Assembly (NCBI GenBank): GCA_963749075.1
Contig: CAVVLJ010000016.1
Span: forward strand, 128,001 to 192,000
Direction: 5' to 3'
Length of the DNA stretch: 64,000 bases
DNA from: an uncultured Pseudomonadota bacterium
GTDB taxonomy: Bacteria; Pseudomonadota; Alphaproteobacteria; JACZXZ01
Shown piece by piece: positions 20,660-34,517 of the stretch. Under the pieces are notes generated by a model. The model was given only the letters and a program-made list of their open reading frames with translations. It was not told the origin of the DNA and searched no databases. The translations under genes were made by a program, and so were the position numbers. Positions within the stretch are counted from its first letter, which is position 1. Each line of letters starts with the position of its first letter.

Positions 20660-22286
<1,627 letters not shown>

Positions 22287-22445
22287 CCGGCATACCGCAG
22301 CAGGCTGGGGCCCTCGGCAAGCGCTCCGCGCCAGCCCATTCCCCACGGACCCGTCCGGCGCGCGCCCGCGCGGCCGCATGTCACAAGCTCGGCCTTTCCG
22401 CGTCTAAGTTTCGAGCGTCACTTCGGACGGGAAGGACGGATCATC

Positions 22446-22991
22446 ATGTCGAACAACGTCAATAACCCCCCTGCGTTGATCGCACAGGAGACCCCAGCCT
22501 GGTGCTTCGCCGCGGCGGAGCTGATGGCGCGCAATTTCTATGGCCTCGGGACGCCCACGCAATACGCCATTGCGCGCGCGAGCATCATGGGCCTCGTGGG
22601 TGCACAGGCGCCGCCCACCTTCGCGCAATGGAACCAGGCCACGATGAGCGACCTGCTGAACGATCAGGACGAGAACAACGGCGCCAACCTCCTGAGCGAG
22701 CGCGTCCAGCTCGTGCGCAATACCTACGGCGCCATCGATCATACGGCGATCAACGGGCGCATGAGGGACAACTATACCGTCAACGAGTTCAAGGCGGACA
22801 TCGACAGCAACAACATCGTCGTCATCGGCACCGCGATCCACTATTACGTGGTCTATGGCTACGACGATGCGAAGGATTTCACGCTGCGCGTCCGGGACCC
22901 TTGGCCCGCAAACGTAGGCGGCCAAGCGGCGACCATTCCCTACGCGCAGTTCCTGGGCTGGAACGGCCGGGTCGTCATCAAATTCACTTGA
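22446..22991 (+). CDS. Papain-like cysteine protease family protein (C39/C70 AvrRpt2-like)
   Basis: Q-x5-C nucleophile context QETPAWCFAAA, HYYVVYGYD (His) and VRDPW (Asp); SD-like GGAAGGA upstream; no signal peptide. Confidence 0.7.
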   Translation: MSNNVNNPPALIAQETPAWCFAAAELMARNFYGLGTPTQYAIARASIMGLVGAQAPPTFAQWNQATMSDLLNDQDENNGANLLSERVQLVRNTYGAIDHTAINGRMRDNYTVNEFKADIDSNNIVVIGTAIHYYVVYGYDDAKDFTLRVRDPWPANVGGQAATIPYAQFLGWNGRVVIKFT

Positions 22992-23232
22992 ACCGCAGGA
23001 TCGGCCGGTCGGGGCGGAGGGGGCGCCTGGCCATCGTTCCGGCGACAAGCGCCTCGCCGTGAGCAGCACCATGCCGATGCCTTTTCTCGCGGCCGCGATC
23101 GCCATGCGCCTCAAGCGCGGCGCGTATCGCCGGGTCATCTCCTTGGCCGGTCCGAGGGCCGATCGCGCGTTGCCGTCACAAAGTGGCGATGCCGGGCGTC
23201 AAGCCGGAGTGAAGCAGGGGAGCACGGGCGCC

Positions 23233-23847
23233 ATGCCGGACACTTATGCCAAGCTATGCGCGATCTATCTCGGCCCCTACGCGGCGCGCGGCAAGAGCTT
23301 CCACACCGACCAGACGCAGCAGGGCATCAGCCAGGCCATCGACCAGTTCGCGGCGCTCTGCCGAGACGCCGACCAGCTCATGACGCGCCTGTCAGGCGGC
23401 AAATTCCCGAGCATCGCCGCCTTCGGCACGGAGGCCGAAAGCATCCTCTTGCAGCTCAAGGCGCAATGTCAGGCGCTCGCCGAGCAGTTCGCGCAGGCCA
23501 AGATCAGCGACCAGACGAAGATATCGGCCATGGCGGTCATCAGCCAGAGCGACGGCCTCGCCGCCGCCCGCCGGCAGCAGGACGCCGATGCCAGTCTGCT
23601 CGCCAGCCTGGAGGGCTTGGCGAAGCTGGTGCAGGGCGATTTCGCCCAAGGAGAGGCGCCGCCTCAACCGGGCCCGCCGCTCCCGCCGCCGCCGGGCGGC
23701 AACGGAGGCGGGGCGCTGCCGCCGCTCGACGCCACTCGGCTCAAGACGAAGCTGAGCGGCCGCGTGACCAGGCAGCCGGACGCCGTCTCCGAGGAGATCG
23801 ACCGTTTGAGCGGGCAAGCCGCGGAATCCGCCACGCCGGACAGCTGA
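23233..23847 (+). CDS. Hypothetical helical protein with a Pro/Gly-rich C-terminal segment
   Basis: Ala/Gln/Leu-rich amphipathic N-terminal part followed by APPQPGPPLPPPPGGNGGG; GGGGAG upstream. Confidence 0.65.
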   Translation: MPDTYAKLCAIYLGPYAARGKSFHTDQTQQGISQAIDQFAALCRDADQLMTRLSGGKFPSIAAFGTEAESILLQLKAQCQALAEQFAQAKISDQTKISAMAVISQSDGLAAARRQQDADASLLASLEGLAKLVQGDFAQGEAPPQPGPPLPPPPGGNGGGALPPLDATRLKTKLSGRVTRQPDAVSEEIDRLSGQAAESATPDS

Positions 23848-23888
23848 GCGCGCGCCGCGACGCACGCGCGCGAGCGAGGATGCGGGCC

Positions 23889-24803
23889 ATGACTATATCG
23901 TCCCTGGACTCTTACCGCGACTTCGTGCGCTCCGCCTGGCAGTATCTGGCCCGGCCGGAGACCGACCGCGTCCCGCTGAGGAATGTGCTCAAGGTCCTCT
24001 ACAACGCCGCGGCCGGCTATAATCCGAATGGCGTCGCAGACAAGAAGCGGCTTATCGCCAGGGATCTCTATGCGGCGCTCGCCGCCTACTGCCGCGCGAT
24101 CCAGGGCAAGCGAGCGCGGCTCCAGCTGAGCGGTCCTTGGCGCGACGTGACCGACGACCTTGGTGCGTATGCGGACTACTACGAGGCCGTCCTGGGCTCG
24201 GGGCAGCCCAAGCCGAACCCTGAAGCCATGGATTTGGCGACGAGATATCTGCACGTCTATCCCGCCGAGCCGGCGAAGAACGATTGGCGCCTCGGACTCA
24301 ACGTCGAGCCGCGCAGCATGGCGTCGGCGGCGAAGGCGCTCGTGCCGCTCCTCGACAAGTTCCCCGACATCGGCCACATGAAGTTTTTCGGGCCCGGCGC
24401 TGCGGGAAAGGCCGACTCGGTCATCGTCTACCTGCGCAAGACGGAGCGCTACAACCGGTTGCGCAACGCCGTCCTCGACGCCGTCAAGGGGCTCGCCATC
24501 CAGCCGCGCGTCGGCGCCATGTGGAACGAGATCGGCGACGGCATCGGGGAGGCGTCGGAGTCGCCCCGAGCAAGCTTCACCCAATACCGGTGCCTCGCGA
24601 TCTATGCGGCGTTTCTCGCCTATTCGGAGACGGCCGGGCCGCACAGCTGGAGCGACTTCAAGGCGGCGCTGAACACCGTCCTGCCCGCGTTCGGCATCGA
24701 CCCGCGGGCGCCTCATATGCGCGCGCCGCGCCGCACGCAGGACCCCAACTATCCCGCCTATTGGGACGTCTTCTGCTGGCTCTATGCGATCTTGAGGGGC
24801 TGA
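23889..24803 (+). CDS. HopA1-like family protein
   Basis: Pattern WRLGLNV...MKFFGP...KADSVIVYL...GIGEASESP..SFTQYRC resembles the HopA1-family R.ylN..K...D..viY...G.a..P..SF...RC layout; SD GAGGA 8 nt before the ATG. Confidence 0.6.
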   Translation: MTISSLDSYRDFVRSAWQYLARPETDRVPLRNVLKVLYNAAAGYNPNGVADKKRLIARDLYAALAAYCRAIQGKRARLQLSGPWRDVTDDLGAYADYYEAVLGSGQPKPNPEAMDLATRYLHVYPAEPAKNDWRLGLNVEPRSMASAAKALVPLLDKFPDIGHMKFFGPGAAGKADSVIVYLRKTERYNRLRNAVLDAVKGLAIQPRVGAMWNEIGDGIGEASESPRASFTQYRCLAIYAAFLAYSETAGPHSWSDFKAALNTVLPAFGIDPRAPHMRAPRRTQDPNYPAYWDVFCWLYAILRG

Positions 24804-24812
24804 GCCCGCGGC

Positions 24813-25298
24813 TCACTCGCGGAAGTTGGTGAATTGGAGCGGCTGCTCGATCTTGAGGCCGCGGACATGGGCGATGGCCGCCTGCAGGTCGTCCCTCTTC
24901 TTGCCGCTCACGCGCAGCTCGTCGCCCTGGATCGCCACCTGGACCTTGAGCTTGCTGTCCTTGAGCTCCTTGACCAGGCGTTTGGCGAGCTCGCGGTCGA
25001 CGCCCTGCTTCACCACGATCTCCTGGCGCAGCGTATCCCCCGACGCGCGCTCCGGCTCCTTGAAGTCGAGCGCTGAGGGATCGACCTTGCGCCGCACGAG
25101 ATGCCCCTTGAGGAGCTCGTGCATCTGCTTCAGTTTGAGCCGGTCGTCGGCGTGAAGGGTGAGCACCGCCTCCTGCCGCTCGATCCTGCACTTCGAGTTC
25201 TTGAAGTCGAAGCGCGTGGCGATCTCGCGCGCCAGGTTGGCGAGCGCGTTGTCGACCTCGCTGAGGTCGGTCTTGGAGACGATGTCAAAGCTCGGCAT
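24813..25298 (-). CDS. yajQ: YajQ-family nucleotide/c-di-GMP-binding protein
   Basis: MPSFDIVS, RFDFK, IQGDELRVSGKKRDDLQ, QFTNFRE. Confidence 0.95.
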   Translation of the reverse strand: MPSFDIVSKTDLSEVDNALANLAREIATRFDFKNSKCRIERQEAVLTLHADDRLKLKQMHELLKGHLVRRKVDPSALDFKEPERASGDTLRQEIVVKQGVDRELAKRLVKELKDSKLKVQVAIQGDELRVSGKKRDDLQAAIAHVRGLKIEQPLQFTNFRE

Positions 25299-25325
25299 GG
25301 CGATTTCCCGCGGCAAAACCCGTCG

Positions 25326-25823
25326 TCACCGGGCGAGGCTCTCTCCGAGGAGCGTCAACGCCGCAGCGGCGAAGGCGCGCATGTTGGCGAGGCGGTCGGC
25401 ATTGCCGGTCTCGAGCGTGAGAGCGTGCTCGACGGCGCCGGCGATGGCGAGGCAGGCGTGACCGGCCGCATCGCCGTAACGATTGCCGCTCGGTCCCGTG
25501 GCGCCGGTCTCGGCAAGGCCCCAGCTCGCCGAGAAGCGCTCGCGCACCGTGCGCGCAAGGAGGAGCGCATAGGGCTCGGTCGCCGAGCGGATGCCGACGA
25601 GTGCCTCCTCCGTGATGCCGAGGAGCGCCCCGCGCGCGCGATAGGTGTAGACGACGGCGCCGCCGAGGTAATAGGCGGAGGCGCCTGGAACGGCGAGGAG
25701 GGCGGCGGAGAGGAGGCCGCCAGCCGACGACTCGGCGACCGCGATGCTCTCGCCGCGCTCCTTGAGGAGCGCTGCCGCCTTTTCGGCCAGAGGGAGAAGA
25801 TCATGTGGGAGGAGATCCTGCAC
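25326..25823 (-). CDS. CinA/PncC-family protein (CinA C-terminal domain)
   Basis: AVAESSAGG, PGASAYY, TGATGP; GTG start inferred. Confidence 0.85.
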   Translation of the reverse strand: MQDLLPHDLLPLAEKAAALLKERGESIAVAESSAGGLLSAALLAVPGASAYYLGGAVVYTYRARGALLGITEEALVGIRSATEPYALLLARTVRERFSASWGLAETGATGPSGNRYGDAAGHACLAIAGAVEHALTLETGNADRLANMRAFAAAALTLLGESLAR

Positions 25824-26047
25824 GGCCGCCCTACCTTTCCCTTGTGCGTTGCGGTGCCGGGACGCGCCGACTATAGGACGGAGCACGCGCCGCACAAAGC
25901 CCTTGCGAGCTTCGGGCGAAACATCGTACACATAGCTGCCGCCTTGATTCTCAAAGGTTTTTTTGTGGAATCGCGGCGGCGTGCGTGAGGATTTGCCGAG
26001 CTTTCCCAAGGCACTAGCCGTAAGGGAAGGCCCGGGAGGACGACTGG

Positions 26048-26179
26048 ATGGACCGCAGCGCAGCCATTCGCCTCTCGGCTGGCGCGCCCCTCGTGGCGCG
26101 GGTCCGTTCGCGTCTTGCCGGTCTCGTCTCTCTCTTGCTCCTCCGTGGTGGTGCCGCACGCCGACTTAGCAGCCCCTGA
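26048..26179 (+). CDS. leuA leader peptide (43 aa, LLLL)
   Basis: SD GGGAGGA, then MDRSAAIRLSAGAPLVARVRSRLAGLVSLLLLRGGAARRLSSP*, upstream of leuA. Confidence 0.7.
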   Translation: MDRSAAIRLSAGAPLVARVRSRLAGLVSLLLLRGGAARRLSSP

Positions 26180-26213
26180 GCGCCGTCCCGGGAGCGATCC
26201 GGGCGTTCAGGGG
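26173..26213 (+). promoter_or_regulatory. LEU1-type attenuator hairpin
   Basis: CCCCTGAGCGCC...GGCGTTCAGGGG stem overlapping the leader stop codon. Confidence 0.6.
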
Positions 26214-26263
26214 AGGAGATCGGTGTTGCGCTTGCTGCATGTTCGGACCGGAGGACCCAGACC

Positions 26264-28913
<2,650 letters not shown>

Positions 28914-29039
28914 GGCGCGCGCGAGAATCGAACAATTCCCTGATTTTTCCAGCGAATCCTTAGTGATATACTGAGACGCGCGAGGGGGTGCGGCGGGCAC
29001 CGCCCGCGAGATCAGGGCGCTGGACGAAGGGCGAGGGAC

Positions 29040-29939
29040 GTGAAGCCGCGCGGCGGATCGATCATGCGCTACGCGGCGCCGCTCAAGGCAGCGGCGCAGC
29101 GCTTTGCCTTCCTCATGCTGATCGCGGGCTCGGTGGCTCTCATCGTCCTCGGCAAGGCCGATGCCGTGCTCGTCGAGCGCTTGCGCATCGCCGTGAGCGA
29201 CGCCTTCGCCCCCATCCTCGCCGGCCTCGCCCAGCCCATGGCGACGGTCGGCCACGCCATCGGCGAGGTGCGCGAGGTGGTGCATCTGCGCTCCGAGAAC
29301 GAGCGCCTCAAGGAGGACAACGCGCAGCTCCGGCGCTGGGAGCAGGTGGCGCGCGAGCTGGCGGCGCAGAATCAGTCCCTGCGCGACACCCTCAACTTCG
29401 TGCCGCACGGCGAGCAGCACAGCATCGCGGGCCGCGTCATCGCCGATTCGGGCGGCTCCTTCGTGCGCAGCCTTCTCATCGACGCCGGCGCCAGGGACGG
29501 GGTGGCCAAGGGCCAGGCCGTGGTGGTGGGCGAGGGGCTCATCGGCCGCGTCGCCGAGGTGGGCGAGATCTCCTCGCGCGTGCTTCTCATCACCGACCTC
29601 AACTCGCGTATTCCGGTGGTCGTCGAATCGACGCGCGACCACGCGGTCCTCGCCGGCGACAACACCGACCTGCCGCGCCTCCTCTACCTGCCGCCCAACC
29701 TGGCGCTCGAGCCCGGCACGCGCATCGTGACCTCGGGCGACGGCGGGGCCTTCCCGCCGGGCCTCCCCATCGGCACGGTGGCCTCCTCCGGCGAGGGCGG
29801 CGTCCGCGTGCAACCCTTCGCCAACTGGAGCCGCATCGAGTACGTGCGCATCATCGATTACGGGCTCAAGGGCATCTTGGGCCCGCTCGACCCGCTGCCG
29901 GCACCGGCGCGCGGCAAGCGTGCGGCGGTGCGGCCATGA
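29040..29939 (+). CDS. mreC: Rod shape-determining protein MreC
   Basis: TM plus coiled coil, GLIGRV, LITDLNSRIPV, TSG.GG.FP.G. Confidence 0.95.
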   Translation: MKPRGGSIMRYAAPLKAAAQRFAFLMLIAGSVALIVLGKADAVLVERLRIAVSDAFAPILAGLAQPMATVGHAIGEVREVVHLRSENERLKEDNAQLRRWEQVARELAAQNQSLRDTLNFVPHGEQHSIAGRVIADSGGSFVRSLLIDAGARDGVAKGQAVVVGEGLIGRVAEVGEISSRVLLITDLNSRIPVVVESTRDHAVLAGDNTDLPRLLYLPPNLALEPGTRIVTSGDGGAFPPGLPIGTVASSGEGGVRVQPFANWSRIEYVRIIDYGLKGILGPLDPLPAPARGKRAAVRP

Positions 29940-30451
29940 TGACGGGGCTCGCCCATCAGCTCGATCTCGCGGCGCGCCGGCTCTTCCCCTTTGCGCTCTC
30001 GGTCCTCCTCGTCGTCGTGAGCGTGGTGCCCCTGCCGGTGCCGGGCTACGGCCTCGTGGTGCCCGCCTTCGGCCTCATGGCGGTCTATTATTGGGCGATC
30101 CACCGCCCCGACCTCTTGCCGGCGCCCGCGGTCTTTCTCCTGGGCCTCCTCGACGACATCCTGACCGGAGCGCCCACCGGCCTCAATGCGCTCCTCTTCC
30201 TCGCCGTCTACGGCATCATGCGCAACCAGCGCCGGCCGTTCCTCGGCAAGCCCTTCGCGGTCATGTGGTTCGGCTTCATCGTGGTGGCGCCCGCCGCGAT
30301 CTTTGCCGAGTGGCTGCTCACCTCGGCGCTGGCGGGGCGCCTGGCGCCGCCGCACGCGGCCTTCGTCCAGCTCCTCTTGACCCTCGCCCTCTATCCGTGG
30401 CTGACCTGGCTCTTCGCCGCGGGCCAGCGTGCCTTCCTCAGGCGGAATTGA
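29936..30451 (+). CDS. mreD: Rod shape-determining protein MreD
   Basis: Hydrophobic, YYWAIHRPD, GLLDDILTG; operon position. Confidence 0.9.
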   Translation: MMTGLAHQLDLAARRLFPFALSVLLVVVSVVPLPVPGYGLVVPAFGLMAVYYWAIHRPDLLPAPAVFLLGLLDDILTGAPTGLNALLFLAVYGIMRNQRRPFLGKPFAVMWFGFIVVAPAAIFAEWLLTSALAGRLAPPHAAFVQLLLTLALYPWLTWLFAAGQRAFLRRN

Positions 30452-30457
30452 CGTTGC

Positions 30458-32350
30458 ATGCAGCTCGACCAGTCGCAAAGCAAGCAGTTCGGCCGGCGCG
30501 CCGCCTTCATCGTGGGCGGCAAGCTGGCGCTGCTCTCCGCCCTCGTCGGGCGCATGTACTATCTCCAGGTCCTGCAGGCCGAGAAGTACCAGACGCTCGC
30601 CGAGGACAACCGCATCAACCTGCGCCTGCTGGCGCCGCCGCGCGGGCGCATCCTCGACCGCTTCGGCCTGCCCGTGGCGATCAACCGCCAGAACTACCGC
30701 GTGGTGATCGTGCCGGAGGACGCCGGCGACGTGGAGGCCACCCTCGAGCGCCTGGGCCAGGTCGTGCCCATCGCCGAGGCGGAGCGCCGCCGGGTGCTGC
30801 GCGACGCCGAGCGCAAGCGCGTCTTCGTCCCCATCACGGTGCGCGAGAACCTGAGCTGGGAGGAGTTCTCGCGCATCGAGGTCAACATGCCCGATCTCGC
30901 GGGCGTGCGCACCGAGGTGGGGCGCATCCGCGACTATCCCTACGGCGCCACCCTGGCGCATATCGTGGGCTATGTGGCGATCGCCTCCGACAAGGAGCTC
31001 GACGGCGATCCGCTGCTCGAGCTGCCGGACTTCCGCATCGGCAAGGCGGGCGTGGAGAAGGTCTATGACCTGGCGCTGCGCGGCTCGGCCGGCACCAGCC
31101 AGGTCGAGGTGAACGCGCGCGGCCGGGTCATCCGCGAGCTGGCGCGCGACGAGGGCGAGACCGGCAAGGACGTGACGCTCGGCGTCGACTACGAGATGCA
31201 GCGCTTCCTTGCCGAGCGCATCGCCGACGAGCGCAGCGCCGCGGCGGTGCTGATGGATCCCCACACGGGCGAGGTGCTCGCCATGGCCTCGACCCCGTCC
31301 TTCGAGCCCAACGAGTTCAACGAGGGCCTCTCCGCCGCGCGCTGGCAGGCGCTCACCTCCGATCCGCTCTCGCCGCTCACCGCCAAGGCCATCGGCGGGC
31401 AGTTTCCGCCCGGCTCGACCTTCAAGGTCGCGGTGGCGCTGGCCGCCCTCGAATCGGGCGCCGCCACCCCCGCCACCAGGGTGTTCTGCCCGGGCTACCT
31501 CGAGCTCGGCGATACGCGCTTCCACTGCTGGAAGCCGCAAGGGCACGGCACGCTCGACATGCACGGCGGCATCAAGAATTCCTGCGACGTCTACTTCTAC
31601 GAGACAGCACGTCGCACCGGCATCGACCGCATCGCCGAGATGGCGCGCCGGCTCGGCATGGGCGAGCTCACCGGCATCGACCTCACCGGCGAGCGGCCCG
31701 GCCTCATCCCGACGCGCGCCTGGAAGAAGGCCACCCTCGGCCAGTCCTGGACCCAGGGCGAGACCCTCGTCGCCGGCATCGGCCAGGGCTTCGTGCTCAC
31801 GACGCCGCTGCAGCTCGCCCTCATGCTCTCGCGCGTGGTCAACGGCGGCAAGGCGGTGGTGCCGCGCGTGGTGCGCAAGCCGCCCGACGGCGGGCTCATC
31901 CAGGTGCCGCCGGTGGACGATAATCCCGCCGCCCTCGGCATCTCGCGCGCCTCCCTCCAGGTGTTGCTGAGCGGCATGAACGCCGTCGTCAACGAAGAGG
32001 GCGGCACCGCGCACGGCGCCCGCATCACAGAGGCCGGCATGGAGATGGGCGGCAAGTCCGGCACCTCCCAGGTGCGCCGCATCACCCTCGCCGAGCGCGA
32101 GCACAAGAAGCGCGGCCCCGAGGACCGCCCGTGGCGGGAGCGGGACAATGCGCTCTTCATCGCCTTCGCACCGGTGCTGGCGCCGCGCTACGTGTGCTCG
32201 GTGGTGATCGAGCACTCGGGACGCGGCGGTGCCGCGGCAGCAGCACCCATCGCGCACGATCTCCTCATCGAGGCGCAGACGCGCGATCCGCTGCGCCGCC
32301 GGCCGGGCGAGCCCGTGGCCGGGCGCGGCAAGGACGAGGTCCCGGGCTGA
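30458..32350 (+). CDS. mrdA: Penicillin-binding protein 2
   Basis: PPRGRILDR, GSTFK (SxxK), SCD (SxD), KSGT. Confidence 0.96.
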   Translation: MQLDQSQSKQFGRRAAFIVGGKLALLSALVGRMYYLQVLQAEKYQTLAEDNRINLRLLAPPRGRILDRFGLPVAINRQNYRVVIVPEDAGDVEATLERLGQVVPIAEAERRRVLRDAERKRVFVPITVRENLSWEEFSRIEVNMPDLAGVRTEVGRIRDYPYGATLAHIVGYVAIASDKELDGDPLLELPDFRIGKAGVEKVYDLALRGSAGTSQVEVNARGRVIRELARDEGETGKDVTLGVDYEMQRFLAERIADERSAAAVLMDPHTGEVLAMASTPSFEPNEFNEGLSAARWQALTSDPLSPLTAKAIGGQFPPGSTFKVAVALAALESGAATPATRVFCPGYLELGDTRFHCWKPQGHGTLDMHGGIKNSCDVYFYETARRTGIDRIAEMARRLGMGELTGIDLTGERPGLIPTRAWKKATLGQSWTQGETLVAGIGQGFVLTTPLQLALMLSRVVNGGKAVVPRVVRKPPDGGLIQVPPVDDNPAALGISRASLQVLLSGMNAVVNEEGGTAHGARITEAGMEMGGKSGTSQVRRITLAEREHKKRGPEDRPWRERDNALFIAFAPVLAPRYVCSVVIEHSGRGGAAAAAPIAHDLLIEAQTRDPLRRRPGEPVAGRGKDEVPG

Positions 32351-33504
32351 TGGCGACGTTCGGCCACATCCGGCGCGAAGTGCGCATGACGCTTGGCGAG
32401 AAGCTCTGGCAGGTGAACTGGAGCCTGCTGCTCCTGGTGGCCGCGATCTGCGGCATCGGCTTCGCCATGCTCTATTCGGCGGCGAACGGCCATTGGCAGC
32501 CCTGGGCGGCGCGCCAGATGATGCGCTTCGGCATCGGCCTTGTCCTCATGCTCGGTGCCGCACTCGTCGACATCCGCCATTGGATGCGCCTCGCCTATCC
32601 GATCTATTTCGTGGCCCTCGGGCTGCTCGGCGCGGTCGACGTGGTGGGCGCCGACGCCATGGGGGCGCAGCGCTGGCTCGACCTCAGGGTCATCCAGCTG
32701 CAGCCCTCCGAGATCATGAAGGTGGCCATGGTGCTGGCGCTCGCGCGCTATTTCCACGGCATCGGGCCGGAGCAGATCGGGCGCATCTGGGTGGTCTTTG
32801 CCCCGCTCCTCATCGTCATCGCCCCGGTGCTGCTCGTGCTCAAGCAGCCGGACCTCGGCACCGCCATCATGCTGCTGGCGAGCGGGGGCGCCATCTTCTT
32901 CCTGGCCGGCGTGCGCCTGTGGAAGTTCGCCGCCGTGCTGGCCGCGGGCCTCGGCGCGGTGCCGCTCGCTTGGCATTTCCTCCACGGCTATCAGAAGGCG
33001 CGCATCCTCACCTTCCTCGACCCGGAGCGCGACCCGCTCGGCACCGGCTACCACATCCTGCAGTCCAAGATCGCCCTCGGCTCGGGCGGCATTCTCGGCA
33101 AGGGCTTCCTCGAGGGCACCCAGAGCCACCTCAATTTCTTGCCCGAGAAGCAGACCGACTTCATCTTCACCATGCTGGCCGAGGAGTTCGGCATCATCGG
33201 CGGCCTGGCGCTCCTGAGCCTCTATGCCCTCCTCATCGTCTATGGCATCGCGGTGGCGCTCTCCTGCCGCAACCAGTTCGGCCGCCTGCTCGCCATGGGC
33301 ATCACCGTCACCTTCTTCCTCTATATCTTCGTCAACATCGCGATGGTGATGGGGCTCATCCCGGTGGTGGGCGTGCCGCTGCCGCTCATCTCCTACGGCG
33401 GCACGGCGCTGCTCTCCATCCTCTACGGCCTGGGGCTGGTCATCTGCGTCTACGTGCACCGCGACGTGCGCATCGGCCGCCGCGGCGTCGAGGGCGGACT
33501 CTGA
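32350..33504 (+). CDS. rodA: Rod shape-determining protein RodA
   Basis: GAQRW, QPSE, QPDLGT, PEKQTDFIF, PLISYGG. Confidence 0.96.
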   Translation: MATFGHIRREVRMTLGEKLWQVNWSLLLLVAAICGIGFAMLYSAANGHWQPWAARQMMRFGIGLVLMLGAALVDIRHWMRLAYPIYFVALGLLGAVDVVGADAMGAQRWLDLRVIQLQPSEIMKVAMVLALARYFHGIGPEQIGRIWVVFAPLLIVIAPVLLVLKQPDLGTAIMLLASGGAIFFLAGVRLWKFAAVLAAGLGAVPLAWHFLHGYQKARILTFLDPERDPLGTGYHILQSKIALGSGGILGKGFLEGTQSHLNFLPEKQTDFIFTMLAEEFGIIGGLALLSLYALLIVYGIAVALSCRNQFGRLLAMGITVTFFLYIFVNIAMVMGLIPVVGVPLPLISYGGTALLSILYGLGLVICVYVHRDVRIGRRGVEGGL

Positions 33505-33540
33505 GGGGCGGCGCTGCGCATCGGCTTCGGCCGAGCCCTA

Positions 33541-33569
33541 TCGACAAGCCCGGATGCCTTTGCTATACC
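33541..33569 (+). promoter_or_regulatory. Putative tRNA promoter
   Basis: TCGACA-N17-TATACC, 20 bp upstream of the tRNA. Confidence 0.45.
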
Positions 33570-33589
33570 CGCTGCCTCCCGTCCCCGGG

Positions 33590-33665
<76 letters not shown>

Positions 33666-33713
33666 CGGCGAAAATGGGCGACAGCGTCCCGCCGCATTGT
33701 CAGTCCGCCGATT

Positions 33714-34502
33714 TCACCGCTTGCGCCAGACCGCCGCGCGCAGCGCCGGCACCTTGCCGATCTCGGTCAGGTCCTGCTTGAGCTGCGCCAGGCCGAAACC
33801 GGCCGGCGTCTTGTTCTTGGCGAGGAAATCGTCGCTGAGCACGGCGAACGCCTCGTCGGCATAATCGACGTAGAACTGCCAGCTCATGGATTTGATCATG
33901 CCCCAGGTGACGACGTAGAGATTGCGGCTGTCGTAGGCCACCGCGTTGATGCAGTGGCCGGCCTGAGGATCGGGTGCGGCATCGCCGACGGGGCCTTGCG
34001 GGGGCACCACCCACGGCACGGTCGCGATGTCGGGCGAGCTCACCGCGAATTTCGGCAGCTCGACGCCGATATAGCAGCCGCCGAAAATCGCGACGGCGTC
34101 CTTCACTTCATTGACGTTGCGCGGCTCGAGCTGCGCGAAGGCGGAGATCTTGTCGCCGCCCAATCCGCTCGAGCGCCAATATTTGAGAACGCTCAGCATG
34201 TCGCAGCCGTTGTCCGGCCCGGGCGTGGTAAAATGCTCGTAGAATCTCAGGATCTGAGCGTTGGTCGGCGACTTCTCCTTGGCCGCCGCAGCGCTCCAAT
34301 TCTCGATCATGTGCCCGGCGGCGGCGCAGGTGCAGTCGCCATACTTGTCGTTGAGATACATGGGCCAGGACGAGACGTTCTTGCCCCAATCGACCGCTGC
34401 CGGCGGCGCCGGCAACTTCGCGCTCAGATACGCGCCAAAGCGCAAGGTCCGGCTGTCGAACACGGCCGGCTTCTTGCCAAGCCGGTACTGGGTCTGCGCC
34501 AT
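33714..34502 (-). CDS. Papain/C1-like cysteine protease family protein
   Basis: Propeptide-like LGKKPAVFDSRTL, VDW, NDKYGDCTCAA (Cys), GHCINAVAYD (His), VVTWG; SD AAGGGAG. Confidence 0.65.
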   Translation of the reverse strand: MAQTQYRLGKKPAVFDSRTLRFGAYLSAKLPAPPAAVDWGKNVSSWPMYLNDKYGDCTCAAAGHMIENWSAAAAKEKSPTNAQILRFYEHFTTPGPDNGCDMLSVLKYWRSSGLGGDKISAFAQLEPRNVNEVKDAVAIFGGCYIGVELPKFAVSSPDIATVPWVVPPQGPVGDAAPDPQAGHCINAVAYDSRNLYVVTWGMIKSMSWQFYVDYADEAFAVLSDDFLAKNKTPAGFGLAQLKQDLTEIGKVPALRAAVWRKR

Positions 34503-34517
34503 GGCGATGCTCCCTTG

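Noticed and set aside
22446-24803. Class V lanthipeptide (RiPP) cluster suggested by the HopA1-like gene
   Set aside because: No APH-like kinase, flavin decarboxylase, transporter or Ser/Thr/Cys-rich precursor is adjacent.
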